A stretch of DNA of 40,824 bases from a virus (lineage: Duplodnaviria > Caudoviricetes): the IMG/VR virus record IMGVR_UViG_3300027855_000003, positions 1 through 40,824 of that record. One strand, given 5' to 3'. Every line of letters begins with the position of its first letter. Within the stretch, counting starts at the first letter, position 1. A program made the position numbers and the translations under genes. Shown here one piece after another: positions 7,542-16,064 of the stretch. Under the pieces are notes generated by a model that ran no database searches, was not told the origin of the DNA, and worked only from the letters and a program-made list of their open reading frames with translations.

Positions 7542-7570
7542 ATTATAGCATAGTCGTGGCCCCTTGTCAA
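7542..7570 (-). promoter_or_regulatory. Perfect consensus sigma70 promoter
   Basis: TTGACA-17 nt-TATAAT with extended -10 TG. Confidence 0.9.
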
Positions 7571-7574
7571 ATTC

Positions 7575-9320
7575 CTATATTTCATCTACCAGTTTCGCCA
7601 TATCAGTAGCGAGTTTTAATTGGGCTGCTAAATCCCGTTTATCGATCAGGTTCTTCCAAATCAAGCGGTCAATTGGGAATCCGAAGATATCGAAGTAATA
7701 GCAGGTTTGTTCTTGACCTGCTCTCCATGTTCGTCGGGTCGATTGAATCCGATGACCATAATTATATGAATTGGAATAATAGATGGTTCGGTTAGCGATT
7801 TGGAGATTAAGGGCTTCTCCACCCGATCCTGTTGTCGCAACCAAGGTGTGGGGGCTTGAAATATCCTCACTTTGGAAAGCCAGCTTATTAAGTTCGCATT
7901 GTTTATCCGATAGTCTTCCAGAGAACTCAACCGCATTGAATCCCATTACCTTTGCTGTCTCCATGAGCATGTTGATATCCTCATGGAAACGGCAATAGAT
8001 GATGGTTTTCTGGTGCTTGCTAACTAATTCCTCTAAAACGTATTCAGGACGTTCCATTGATAGGCGTTGAACGTTTCGTGGCGCCCCCTCTTCTGCTCCA
8101 GGCATTAGGTCAGAGTAGAAGAATCCGTTTGATATTTGGGCTAGAACGGTGAATTTGCTGGCAGCATTGGCACAAGTACGTCGGACAGTTTCATAATCGC
8201 CACTTTCTAAGGCGATCTGGAGTTCGGCGACTAACTCTCTTTTCACTCGCGCGTATTGGTCTCTCTGGAGATCATTGGGCTCAAATCGGCGTTCTTCCCA
8301 GATTTGAGGTGGCATATCCATTACATCGGTGATTTTGATATACCGACAGTGAGGAGCAATACGTGAGGTTAACTCCTCAATGTTCTTGTAATCCACAATC
8401 TCCTTGATCTGGTAGCCACCCATCACGCAATACTGATTGGTGAAGGATTGCATCGTATTATGACCGATGATATTGGGATCAAGAATCCAGAACTGTGCGA
8501 GCAGATCCTCAAAGCCTTTGGGCTGAGGTTCACCGGAGAACAAGAATTTCTTGACCATGCATTCTCCGGCACGATCAATGACTAGGGATAGATTGGTAAA
8601 TCTCTCTGCTCCCCAGCCCTTGAAATTTTGGCTTTCGTCAACAAAGAGGGCGCATCGCCCCCGTCCACTTCCTCCTGTAACGAACTCCAAAATTTGAGCG
8701 GTTTGTCGTTTTGATTGGAAAGCTCCTGGAGTCGAGAACCCAATCATTATCTTTTCATCGGGATATTTCATTTCCCGCTTTTTAGCGGTAGCAGGCATTT
8801 CACCCTTCAGATATTTGATGGAAGGAGGCATCCACTTAGGAAGCTCCTCATTCATGAACTGGGGGCGACCACGTTTAGTGGTTATAACAAGTGCCCTATC
8901 TATAAGCTTGCGCGCAAAGAACTCCGCTATCAGGTAGCATATGGTGCTGGATTTAGCTGTTCCCATATCATCCCAGAAAGCATAATAGGGACGAGATAGT
9001 CCTATATCAACAGCCTCATCCTGATGCTTGAAAGGTTGTTTTTTGTCTGGATCCTGAGGAGCTAGTCGGGTATGTTTCTCAACAACAGGTACAACTATTT
9101 TGATCCGTGCGATAGTGCCATCAGCATCATGGATGGGATCGTTTGGAAATAGTCTTTCATAGGCCTCAATTGAGTGCCGAGTTGCCTCGAATATAAGGCC
9201 CCCTGTATCCAGGAACTTGTGATAAGAGGGGAGACTAGAAGCAAATCGGAACAAAGCAGGTGAAGCATGACCCACTGTTACTTGTCCACGTCTTGCTACA
9301 GGTTGGTTGTTATCGGTCAT
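7575..9320 (-). CDS. SNF2-family (SF2) helicase/ATPase
   Basis: Q motif PFKHQ, motif I DDMGTAKS, DESQ, motif V GGEALNLQ, motif VI Q..RRTWRAGQ. Confidence 0.88.
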   Translation of the reverse strand: MTDNNQPVARRGQVTVGHASPALFRFASSLPSYHKFLDTGGLIFEATRHSIEAYERLFPNDPIHDADGTIARIKIVVPVVEKHTRLAPQDPDKKQPFKHQDEAVDIGLSRPYYAFWDDMGTAKSSTICYLIAEFFARKLIDRALVITTKRGRPQFMNEELPKWMPPSIKYLKGEMPATAKKREMKYPDEKIMIGFSTPGAFQSKRQTAQILEFVTGGSGRGRCALFVDESQNFKGWGAERFTNLSLVIDRAGECMVKKFLFSGEPQPKGFEDLLAQFWILDPNIIGHNTMQSFTNQYCVMGGYQIKEIVDYKNIEELTSRIAPHCRYIKITDVMDMPPQIWEERRFEPNDLQRDQYARVKRELVAELQIALESGDYETVRRTCANAASKFTVLAQISNGFFYSDLMPGAEEGAPRNVQRLSMERPEYVLEELVSKHQKTIIYCRFHEDINMLMETAKVMGFNAVEFSGRLSDKQCELNKLAFQSEDISSPHTLVATTGSGGEALNLQIANRTIYYSNSYNYGHRIQSTRRTWRAGQEQTCYYFDIFGFPIDRLIWKNLIDKRDLAAQLKLATDMAKLVDEI

Positions 9321-9469
9321 TTTGGATTCTCTTTGGTGACAATCTTAACTTTGAATCCTTTTTTGGTATACCAATCAGCAGCTTCTTTAGCCAGTTTCTT
9401 ATTAGGAAATGTCTTACCTTCCTGTAAGATACGTCCATTGCTTAATATCCTATGGATAACGTATGGCAT
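9317..9469 (-). CDS. 50-aa basic protein (start MPYVIHR)
   Basis: AAGGA RBS; ATGA overlap with helicase; longer ORF-track version runs into terS. Confidence 0.65.
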   Translation of the reverse strand: MPYVIHRILSNGRILQEGKTFPNKKLAKEAADWYTKKGFKVKIVTKENPK

Positions 9470-9494
9470 ACCGATTCCTTGCTTTCTTCTGGCT

Positions 9495-9529
9495 CTACTA
9501 TTAGTAGCACATTTTTTTATCCCACACAA
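9495..9529 (-). promoter_or_regulatory. Possible leftward promoter with overlapping palindrome
   Basis: TTGTGT-17 nt-TACTAA with TG; CTACTA-T-TAGTAG at 9495-9507. Confidence 0.4.
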
Positions 9530-9560
9530 CAAAAATATGCATTTGTGGGCTAATACCCTA

Positions 9561-9589
9561 TTGACAAGTCGATTCCTTGCGTTCATGCT
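9561..9589 (+). promoter_or_regulatory. Rightward promoter for the packaging/morphogenesis arm
   Basis: TTGACA-17 nt-CATGCT just upstream of terS. Confidence 0.6.
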
Positions 9590-9615
9590 AATCATGAGGG
9601 GTATAGGGTAAGTTA

Positions 9616-9942
9616 ATGTCGGCGGGCTATAATGGGCCAGGAAACTATGGACCACCGTCGCGATTTCCGCTTCCGGGGGCCATTGTACCTTTCCCTCAAT
9701 CGAATTATCAATATGGTGGTCGTCCACCTCCACCGCAAATCGATCCTGATGCAGAACCGCTTGATTTCCTTATGGCAGTCATGCGTGATCCGGGTCAGCC
9801 GATGGATCGACGTATGGATGCGGCGAAGGCAGCAATGCCTTATCGCCACATTCGTTTGGCTCCTGCAAACATTACCGATGAAACTGGCATCAAGATTAAC
9901 ATCACTGGGGGATTACCTCAGGATGAGAAAGTGCCGGGATGA
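9616..9942 (+). CDS. terS: Putative terminase small subunit
   Basis: PLDFLMAVMRD...RRMDAAKAAMPYRH helical motif; first gene of the late arm, upstream of terL. Confidence 0.65.
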   Translation: MSAGYNGPGNYGPPSRFPLPGAIVPFPQSNYQYGGRPPPPQIDPDAEPLDFLMAVMRDPGQPMDRRMDAAKAAMPYRHIRLAPANITDETGIKINITGGLPQDEKVPG

Positions 9943-10031
9943 TTGCTCTTACTCCTTTTAGGTTATTGGGGCGCTACGCGCTTAAAGAACCTTTGACCAC
10001 AACCAGAAAACTTAACTGAGGAGTGAAATAT

Positions 10032-10718
10032 ATGCCTAGAGTTACCGGTTTCCTCCGAATTCTACCGTCGCGTGATCGTTGGGGTCGTCCTGTTGACCCC
10101 GACTATGGTGTGGATGAAGGTGAATTGCCGGAAGTCGAACCGCCGGAAGGTGAATATCCCGATCAAGGTCTCCCTGGTCGTCCTCCAGGTTTCTGGGGCG
10201 GTGAACGTCCCAGTTGGCCTGCACGACCTGGTCAAGGTTTGCCTCGACCGCCTCGTCCAGGCCGGCCGATCGATCCTGATTGGGGTTGGGGTGGTAGTGA
10301 ACATCCTGACCAAGGACTTCCTTCGCGTCCGCGTCCTCCGCATGTATGGCCACGACCTCCAGGCGGCGGACTCCCCGTTGATCCGAGTTGGGGTGTCGGC
10401 GGTGGTCGTCCGGGTGGTACTCCTCCTGATCGTCCCGATCATGGATTGCCGATCTGGCCGTCTATTCCCGGCAAGCCTGACAACAGTCTACCCCCAGTTG
10501 AAGGTGTTGACCCGCCTCCAACTGATCCGCCTCCGGGCACAATTTGGCCGCCGTTGCCGCCAAACATTCCCCCAGGCAAAGCTATCGCACTTGTGGCGAT
10601 CTCGGGCGTCGGCTATCGTTATGCTGTGATCACGATTCCGACACCGCCGGCAGGCGGTGCAGGTGGAACGCCGCCTGCTCGTCCAGGACCGACACCTCCC
10701 CCGACACCAAAAGCCTAA
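10032..10718 (+). CDS. Proline-rich repeat protein
   Basis: GAGGAG RBS; repeated PDQGLP/PDHGLP and PVDPxWG/YG motifs. Confidence 0.75.
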   Translation: MPRVTGFLRILPSRDRWGRPVDPDYGVDEGELPEVEPPEGEYPDQGLPGRPPGFWGGERPSWPARPGQGLPRPPRPGRPIDPDWGWGGSEHPDQGLPSRPRPPHVWPRPPGGGLPVDPSWGVGGGRPGGTPPDRPDHGLPIWPSIPGKPDNSLPPVEGVDPPPTDPPPGTIWPPLPPNIPPGKAIALVAISGVGYRYAVITIPTPPAGGAGGTPPARPGPTPPPTPKA

Positions 10719-10721
10719 GCG

Positions 10722-10786
10722 TTTTAGTATACTAAAAACTTACGAGTCAGGGATGTCCTTTTTTAGTAATGATAAAAGGGCATCCC
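10722..10786 (+). other. Palindrome plus stem-loop before terL
   Basis: TTTTAGTATACTAAAA (10722-10737); GGGATGTCCTTTT/AAAAGGGCATCCC (10750-10786, one G-U pair). Confidence 0.55.
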
Positions 10787-10837
10787 AACTCAACTTCGCG
10801 AACAAAATAAGAACGTGGTCAAAACAAGAACAGAACG

Positions 10838-12124
10838 GTGAACGCACCTTTTCAAATAAATATGCCAGAGCTACACCCGGGGCAGGTTGAAGCTTTCAAA
10901 ATGCCAGGCCGATTTAGGGCTGGACGTTGTGGACGTCGCTTTGGTAAAACAGCATTGGCAGAAACCATCATTGAAGATGGAACTGTTAGAGGAAGGTCGA
11001 TTGGTTATTTCGCTCCGTCTTATAAGCTTTTATCCGAAGTCTTTGTTTCCGTACGCCATGTTTTACAGCCATTAATCGAAGTATCCAATCAAACATCTGG
11101 AGTTATTCGCCTTATAACTGGTGGACGAGCAGATTTCTGGAGCTTAGAGAATAAGGCAGCAGGTCGGTCGAGGAAGTATCATACCGTCATTATCGATGAG
11201 GCGGCATTCACTCCCGATTATATGTTGCAAACGTGGGAAGGTGCTATTCGCCCCACACTCCTAGATTATCGAGGCAATGCGTGGGTCTTTTCGACCCCAA
11301 ATGGAATAGATACCGACAATTTCTTCTGGCGCGTCTGCAACGACCCAAAATATGAGTTTAACTCCTTTCATGCTCCAACATGGAAGAATCCATACATTCC
11401 CCCAGATGAAATAGAGGCTTTGCGTCGTAGCCTTCATCCTCTGTTCTTTCGCCAAGAAATTGAAGCCGAGTTTATTGATTGGCGCGGTGTTGCCTTCTTC
11501 ACTCTTGCCAATCTCTTGGTCGATGATAAACCTGTCGATTATCCCTTCCTGTGTGACCTTGTCTATGCGGTCATTGATACGGGGATGAAATCAGGTAAAG
11601 AGCATGATGGAACGGCAGTTACCTATTATGCTTCCTCCTTGATGCTGGGGGTCGGGCATCCATTGGTCATTCTCGATTGGGATATCCTGTCGATTGATGG
11701 AGCTATGCTTGAGGGATGGCTTCCTTCTGTTTTTGAGAGACTGGGGGAATTATCCGCAAAATGTGGAGCGATGAACAGGAAAGTTGCAGTCTTTATAGAG
11801 GATAAAGGCTCTGGAACAGTGCTTATTCAGCAAGCACAGAATGCTGGGCTGCCTGCTCACCCCATCGAAGGAAAGTTGACCGCGATTGGTAAAGATGAAC
11901 GGGCGATGAATGTTTCGGGGTACGTCTGGTCCAATAAGGTGAAAATCAGCGAGTATGCCTTCATAAAGGAGACTCAATATAAGGATCAGTTCCAAAACCA
12001 TCTTATCCATCAAGTAACAGGATTCCGGGTAGGGGACAAGGACGCAAAGGATCGGGCCGATGACCTCTTGGATACCTTTACTTACGGAGTTAGCATTGGA
12101 TGTGGAAACACAGAAGGCTTCTGA
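10838..12124 (+). CDS. terL: Terminase large subunit
   Basis: Walker A GRRFGKT, Walker B IIDEAA, STPNG, RNase H-like acidic residues (VIDTG, EDKGSG, DDLLD). Confidence 0.95.
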   Translation: MNAPFQINMPELHPGQVEAFKMPGRFRAGRCGRRFGKTALAETIIEDGTVRGRSIGYFAPSYKLLSEVFVSVRHVLQPLIEVSNQTSGVIRLITGGRADFWSLENKAAGRSRKYHTVIIDEAAFTPDYMLQTWEGAIRPTLLDYRGNAWVFSTPNGIDTDNFFWRVCNDPKYEFNSFHAPTWKNPYIPPDEIEALRRSLHPLFFRQEIEAEFIDWRGVAFFTLANLLVDDKPVDYPFLCDLVYAVIDTGMKSGKEHDGTAVTYYASSLMLGVGHPLVILDWDILSIDGAMLEGWLPSVFERLGELSAKCGAMNRKVAVFIEDKGSGTVLIQQAQNAGLPAHPIEGKLTAIGKDERAMNVSGYVWSNKVKISEYAFIKETQYKDQFQNHLIHQVTGFRVGDKDAKDRADDLLDTFTYGVSIGCGNTEGF

Positions 12125-12416
12125 ACGCGGGGTAATAAGGAAACTTTCGCGTAGAGAAGTGGAATGTTTAGCGTGGGCAGCACAAGGTAAAACGTATCAG
12201 GAAATTAGCACTATGTTAGGTATATCGTTTGGATCAGTAAAAACTCACCTTGATACGGCGCGATTTAAGTTGGGTGCTGTTAATGTAACCCATGCAGTGG
12301 CTCTGGGTATTATTTATGGTAAAATATTTATGTCGGAGGAAGAGATGGTTACTCGGGAAAAAAAGACTAGGGAAGATGCCGAGCGAATGATTGGTGAAAT
12401 GGGTGTAATAAGATAG
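12060..12416 (+). CDS. LuxR-type HTH DNA-binding protein (no ligand domain; start uncertain)
   Basis: LSRREVECLAWAAQGKTYQEISTMLGISFGSVKTHLDTARFKLG. Confidence 0.85.
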   Translation: MTSWIPLLTELALDVETQKASERGVIRKLSRREVECLAWAAQGKTYQEISTMLGISFGSVKTHLDTARFKLGAVNVTHAVALGIIYGKIFMSEEEMVTREKKTREDAERMIGEMGVIR

Positions 12417-12425
12417 GAGTGCCAA

Positions 12426-12620
12426 ATGTTAGGTTCACCAATAGTCCTCATCCTTATCGTTATCCTTATCATTGTTCTGCTTGGAGGTGTGGCTGGACCT
12501 ACGATTAATCCCAATTGGCGTTATGGCTACGGCTATGGTCATACGGGCATTGGTTTAGTTGGCATTATCCTTATCATATTGGTTGTTTGGCTCTTGCTTG
12601 GTGGTGGATATCTGAGGTGA
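12426..12620 (+). CDS. DUF3309-like small membrane protein
   Basis: Two hydrophobic helices around a GYGYG loop; AGGAG RBS. Confidence 0.75.
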   Translation: MLGSPIVLILIVILIIVLLGGVAGPTINPNWRYGYGYGHTGIGLVGIILIILVVWLLLGGGYLR

Positions 12621-13720
12621 CTTCTTATCCAAATGACCGCAACAATCCGGCTGGAGCCATTCCAGTCTACATTGTTGCGGGTCCAGGCGGAAAAGCAATA
12701 CCTGTCAACTTCCTCGCTGGGGGAGCAACAGGCGGATCCAACAGTGGTCCTATACCAGTTTATGTAGTGGCGGGTGCTGGAGCTCCTCCATTTGGGAGTG
12801 ATCAAGGGAACCCGAATAACGCTATTCCTGTTTATATCTCAGGTGCTCCTAATGCGATGCCGGTATGGGACACAGCGCCTGCTCCGCCGCCAATTCCTGT
12901 CAATACGACACCTCCATCCATTACTCCAACTGGGACAATAAATTCTGGTATACCATTGAGTGCGAATCCAGGTATCTGGACGAATAATCCTATAGGATTT
13001 GATTATCAATGGACTCGAAATGGTAATCCTATTGTAGGTGCGAATGCAGTTGTGTATGTACCAACTGTTGTAGATAGGAATAATACTGTTGGTGTTACTG
13101 TAGCTGCGGACAACGAGGGTGGAAAGAGTTTACCTGAACCATCTAGTAATACGGTAGCTATTGCTGGACCCCCAGTCAATGTTGTTGCGCCATCGATTAA
13201 TCCTATCGGTCCTGTTGATTTTGGTACAACATTATCTATGAGCACTGGAGCCTGGACTAATAATCCAACTAGCTATTATTATGGTTGGATGCGAAATGGT
13301 ACCACTATCTCAGGTGCAAATACCAATCAATATACGACGGTACAGGATGATGCCAACACAGTAATTACTGGAGTTGCTCAAGCCATGAATGCTGTTGGTG
13401 GCGGCATTGCTGTTGCTACATCTAATCAGGTTTCTATAAATCCACCTGAGCCAGTTATTACTCCAGCAGTATTCAATGTTTCTCTTCCAGTAACACAGGG
13501 TCAAATTATTGGTACATGTGTTGCGACAGGTAGTCCGAATGCTTGGGCTATAGTTGCAACCGGTAGCACTCCTGATGGAGCGTTTGGTATAAATGGTTCG
13601 GGGCAAGTTCAAGTGGCAAATGAGGCGAGTGTGGTAGCGGGTACCTATACCTATACTCTGTATGCCCAGAGTGATATAGGCATAGGTGAACCAAGCACTT
13701 GCACCATCAATGTGACATAG
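12617..13720 (+). CDS. Ig-like repeat protein, probable virion decoration (GTG start)
   Basis: GTGA overlap; five AIPVY-type repeats, two PVN..PSI..G.WTNNP..Y.W.RNG domains, C-terminal beta-sandwich. Confidence 0.75.
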   Translation: MTSYPNDRNNPAGAIPVYIVAGPGGKAIPVNFLAGGATGGSNSGPIPVYVVAGAGAPPFGSDQGNPNNAIPVYISGAPNAMPVWDTAPAPPPIPVNTTPPSITPTGTINSGIPLSANPGIWTNNPIGFDYQWTRNGNPIVGANAVVYVPTVVDRNNTVGVTVAADNEGGKSLPEPSSNTVAIAGPPVNVVAPSINPIGPVDFGTTLSMSTGAWTNNPTSYYYGWMRNGTTISGANTNQYTTVQDDANTVITGVAQAMNAVGGGIAVATSNQVSINPPEPVITPAVFNVSLPVTQGQIIGTCVATGSPNAWAIVATGSTPDGAFGINGSGQVQVANEASVVAGTYTYTLYAQSDIGIGEPSTCTINVT

Positions 13721-13729
13721 GAGATCCAA

Positions 13730-14101
13730 GTGCCACAATACCCATTGGTTATGAGCCCTGAGAGAGCAGCCAAGCTTTATGGCATCGAAGTCATGGAACC
13801 GCCTCCAACTGTTCCGCCAGTTAATGTAGATGTTCCGCATGTATCGCTGACCAATGGACCAGGAGGTGTTGGAAGCACTTATATTTGCACAAAAGGCACT
13901 TGGGAAAACATGGGTGATTTAGTTGACACCTATGCCTATAGATGGCAGCGCAACGGTGCACCTATTACAATAGGTGCAAATCTGGAGGAGTATACTGCCG
14001 TCGCTGCTGATAGTGGCACTGCTTTGGGCTGTATTGTCACGGCTACGAATACGATTGGGAGTACGGCGGCGCCCTTGTCGAATACCATAAACCTTCCATA
14101 A
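13730..14101 (+). CDS. Single Ig-like domain protein
   Basis: PVNVDVP..GTW..YAYRWQRNG..C.VTATN..G, same domain as upstream gene; AGGAG RBS. Confidence 0.75.
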   Translation: MPQYPLVMSPERAAKLYGIEVMEPPPTVPPVNVDVPHVSLTNGPGGVGSTYICTKGTWENMGDLVDTYAYRWQRNGAPITIGANLEEYTAVAADSGTALGCIVTATNTIGSTAAPLSNTINLP

Positions 14102-14110
14102 GGAGATACA

Positions 14111-14455
14111 ATGCCCCAGAACCTGCAGAAAGTGAGTGCGGCATACGCCAAATCTTACTATGGTGTGGTTATTGGTTCCACAAACCCGTTGGAAGGAGAA
14201 CCTCCCACACTTATGCCCTCTGCAAGAGTGAAAACCCAACTCCAGGAGCTTACCGAGAATCCAGACCAAGTTGTCATTGAACCATCACCTGACCCCAATA
14301 TCATGGTGGATTTGGATCCTATTCCTGATCCCAACGAGCCTACGGTTGAACAAGATCCTCTTCTTGGACAAGTGGAGATAATCCGTACAGGTGGAAATAT
14401 ACCTCCTGTATTCCCTGAAATACAGCCTGAAAATCAGGGGAATGTAGTTGGCTGA
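14111..14455 (+). CDS. Acidic Pro-rich hypothetical protein
   Basis: AAGGAG RBS; N-terminus resembles that of 13730 protein. Confidence 0.7.
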   Translation: MPQNLQKVSAAYAKSYYGVVIGSTNPLEGEPPTLMPSARVKTQLQELTENPDQVVIEPSPDPNIMVDLDPIPDPNEPTVEQDPLLGQVEIIRTGGNIPPVFPEIQPENQGNVVG

Positions 14456-16064
14456 TATTATTGTCAATGCCCCTGCTACGGGCACGTTTTTAGGGCGTAT
14501 CATTAACTCCGAGGATATTCAACCCGGGGATGACTCGTCCTATGAAATGTGCAAACTCATATACCTTTACCACCCTTTAGGTGCTAGGGTAGCTGAGAAC
14601 CCTATTACATTGGCTCAGTCCCAACCCCGAGAGATTAAGGTCCGAGCGTGCCAGAATGATGACGTTGCGGATCAATTTATTTCGGAATGGGAGTCTCTGA
14701 ACGCCGATAAAATCATTCATGCTGCCAAAACCATTTCACGAGTCTATGGAATTTCCACGCTGGGGTTACTTGCTCAAGGTGTTCCACCCAATCGCCCGAT
14801 TGACTATAAGACCATTAAAGACCTGAAAATTGGCTTTAACGTATTCGATCCTTTGAATACATCGGGCTCCTTGTCAATGGACCAGGATCCCAATTCTATT
14901 CGATTCCAGAAACCAATTGATGACTCTGTTCGGGTTGCAGGGACGGAATATCATCCCTCACGTACAGTTGTGACCTTAAATGAACAACCCATTTATATTG
15001 CTTGGACGACTTCTGCTTATGGTTATGTGGGCCGTTCCTGTTATCAAAGGTCTCTTTATCCGCTCAAAAGCTATATTGATACCTTAAAGATGGATGCAAT
15101 GATTGCCCGTAAAGCGGGCGTCATTATTGCCAAGCTCAAGATTATTGGTCCCATTGTCAATAATGCTATGGCGATTATGGCCGGTTTGAAACGGGCTATG
15201 TTGCGGGAGGCTTCTACCGATAACGTTATTTCCATTTCTGTGGATGAAGCAATTGAGAGCCTGAATCTCCAAAATCTTGAGGGTCCAGCCGAAATGGCTC
15301 GGAATCATATTTTGGAGAATATTGCTTCTGCCGCAGATATGCCCTCCAAGCTGCTCAATTCTTTACCCTTCGCTGGGGGCTTCGCTGAGGGTAAAGAAGA
15401 TGCTAAAGCCATTGCTAAGTATGTTGATGGTGTCCGAAAAGACATGAATCCGCTTTACGAGTTTATGGATCGAGTTTGTATGTACAGGGCTTGGACCCCT
15501 GAGTTCTTTGAGGCCCAAAGAAAGAAATATCCCGAAGCCTACAAGAATATGACCTTCACAAAGGCTTTCTATGATTGGAAGAATAGTTTTGTTGCCACGT
15601 GGCCCTCACTTCTTGTTGAGCCAGAATCCGAGAAGATCAAGATATCGGACACGAAGCTAAAGGCTATTATTGCCATTCTTCAAGTCCTCCTGCCAGTTAT
15701 CGATCCCGAAAATCGCATGGAGCTTATCAAGTGGGCTGTCGATGCGATCACCGAAGATACCAAGATGTTTTCCAACGGCATCAAGCTCGATTGGAAAGTT
15801 TTGGCTGAATACGTGCCCCCAGAAGCAATGGCTGTGTTGGCAGGTCAACAAGGTCTTGAACAGGGAGAGGGAACGAAGGGCGGAGCACAAACGAAAGGTG
15901 GTGCGGGTGCTAAACCTGGTGTTCCTGCCAAGTCAGGAGCCCTTCCCCCAGGTGTTGAGAAAGGACCTCAGGGAACTCCTGGACGAGCAAAGGTGAAACT
16001 ATCGACCGCAGATGCATTGGAATTGTTTGAGAACATAGTGGAGTTAAATCGTGCCTCTTCGTAG
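14448..16064 (+). CDS. Portal protein (DUF1073-like)
   Basis: Size and position between terL and head protease; SRVYG, YHPSR, IASAADMPSKLL motifs typical of this portal family. Confidence 0.85.
   Translation: MADIIVNAPATGTFLGRIINSEDIQPGDDSSYEMCKLIYLYHPLGARVAENPITLAQSQPREIKVRACQNDDVADQFISEWESLNADKIIHAAKTISRVYGISTLGLLAQGVPPNRPIDYKTIKDLKIGFNVFDPLNTSGSLSMDQDPNSIRFQKPIDDSVRVAGTEYHPSRTVVTLNEQPIYIAWTTSAYGYVGRSCYQRSLYPLKSYIDTLKMDAMIARKAGVIIAKLKIIGPIVNNAMAIMAGLKRAMLREASTDNVISISVDEAIESLNLQNLEGPAEMARNHILENIASAADMPSKLLNSLPFAGGFAEGKEDAKAIAKYVDGVRKDMNPLYEFMDRVCMYRAWTPEFFEAQRKKYPEAYKNMTFTKAFYDWKNSFVATWPSLLVEPESEKIKISDTKLKAIIAILQVLLPVIDPENRMELIKWAVDAITEDTKMFSNGIKLDWKVLAEYVPPEAMAVLAGQQGLEQGEGTKGGAQTKGGAGAKPGVPAKSGALPPGVEKGPQGTPGRAKVKLSTADALELFENIVELNRASS

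Noticed and set aside
9470-9733. Long N-terminal extension of ORF 9317..9733
   Set aside because: Crosses the promoter region and overlaps terS; RBS supports start at 9469
9939-10019. 26-aa ORF coupled to the terS stop
   Set aside because: Very short, no motif, weak RBS; cannot be supported
12426-12620. Holin call for the small membrane protein
   Set aside because: Far from the endolysin and better matches the DUF3309-like pattern
14448-16064. Anti-CBASS Acb1 label sometimes attached to DUF1073 proteins
   Set aside because: Size and position indicate a portal; no paired HxT/S phosphoesterase motifs recognised
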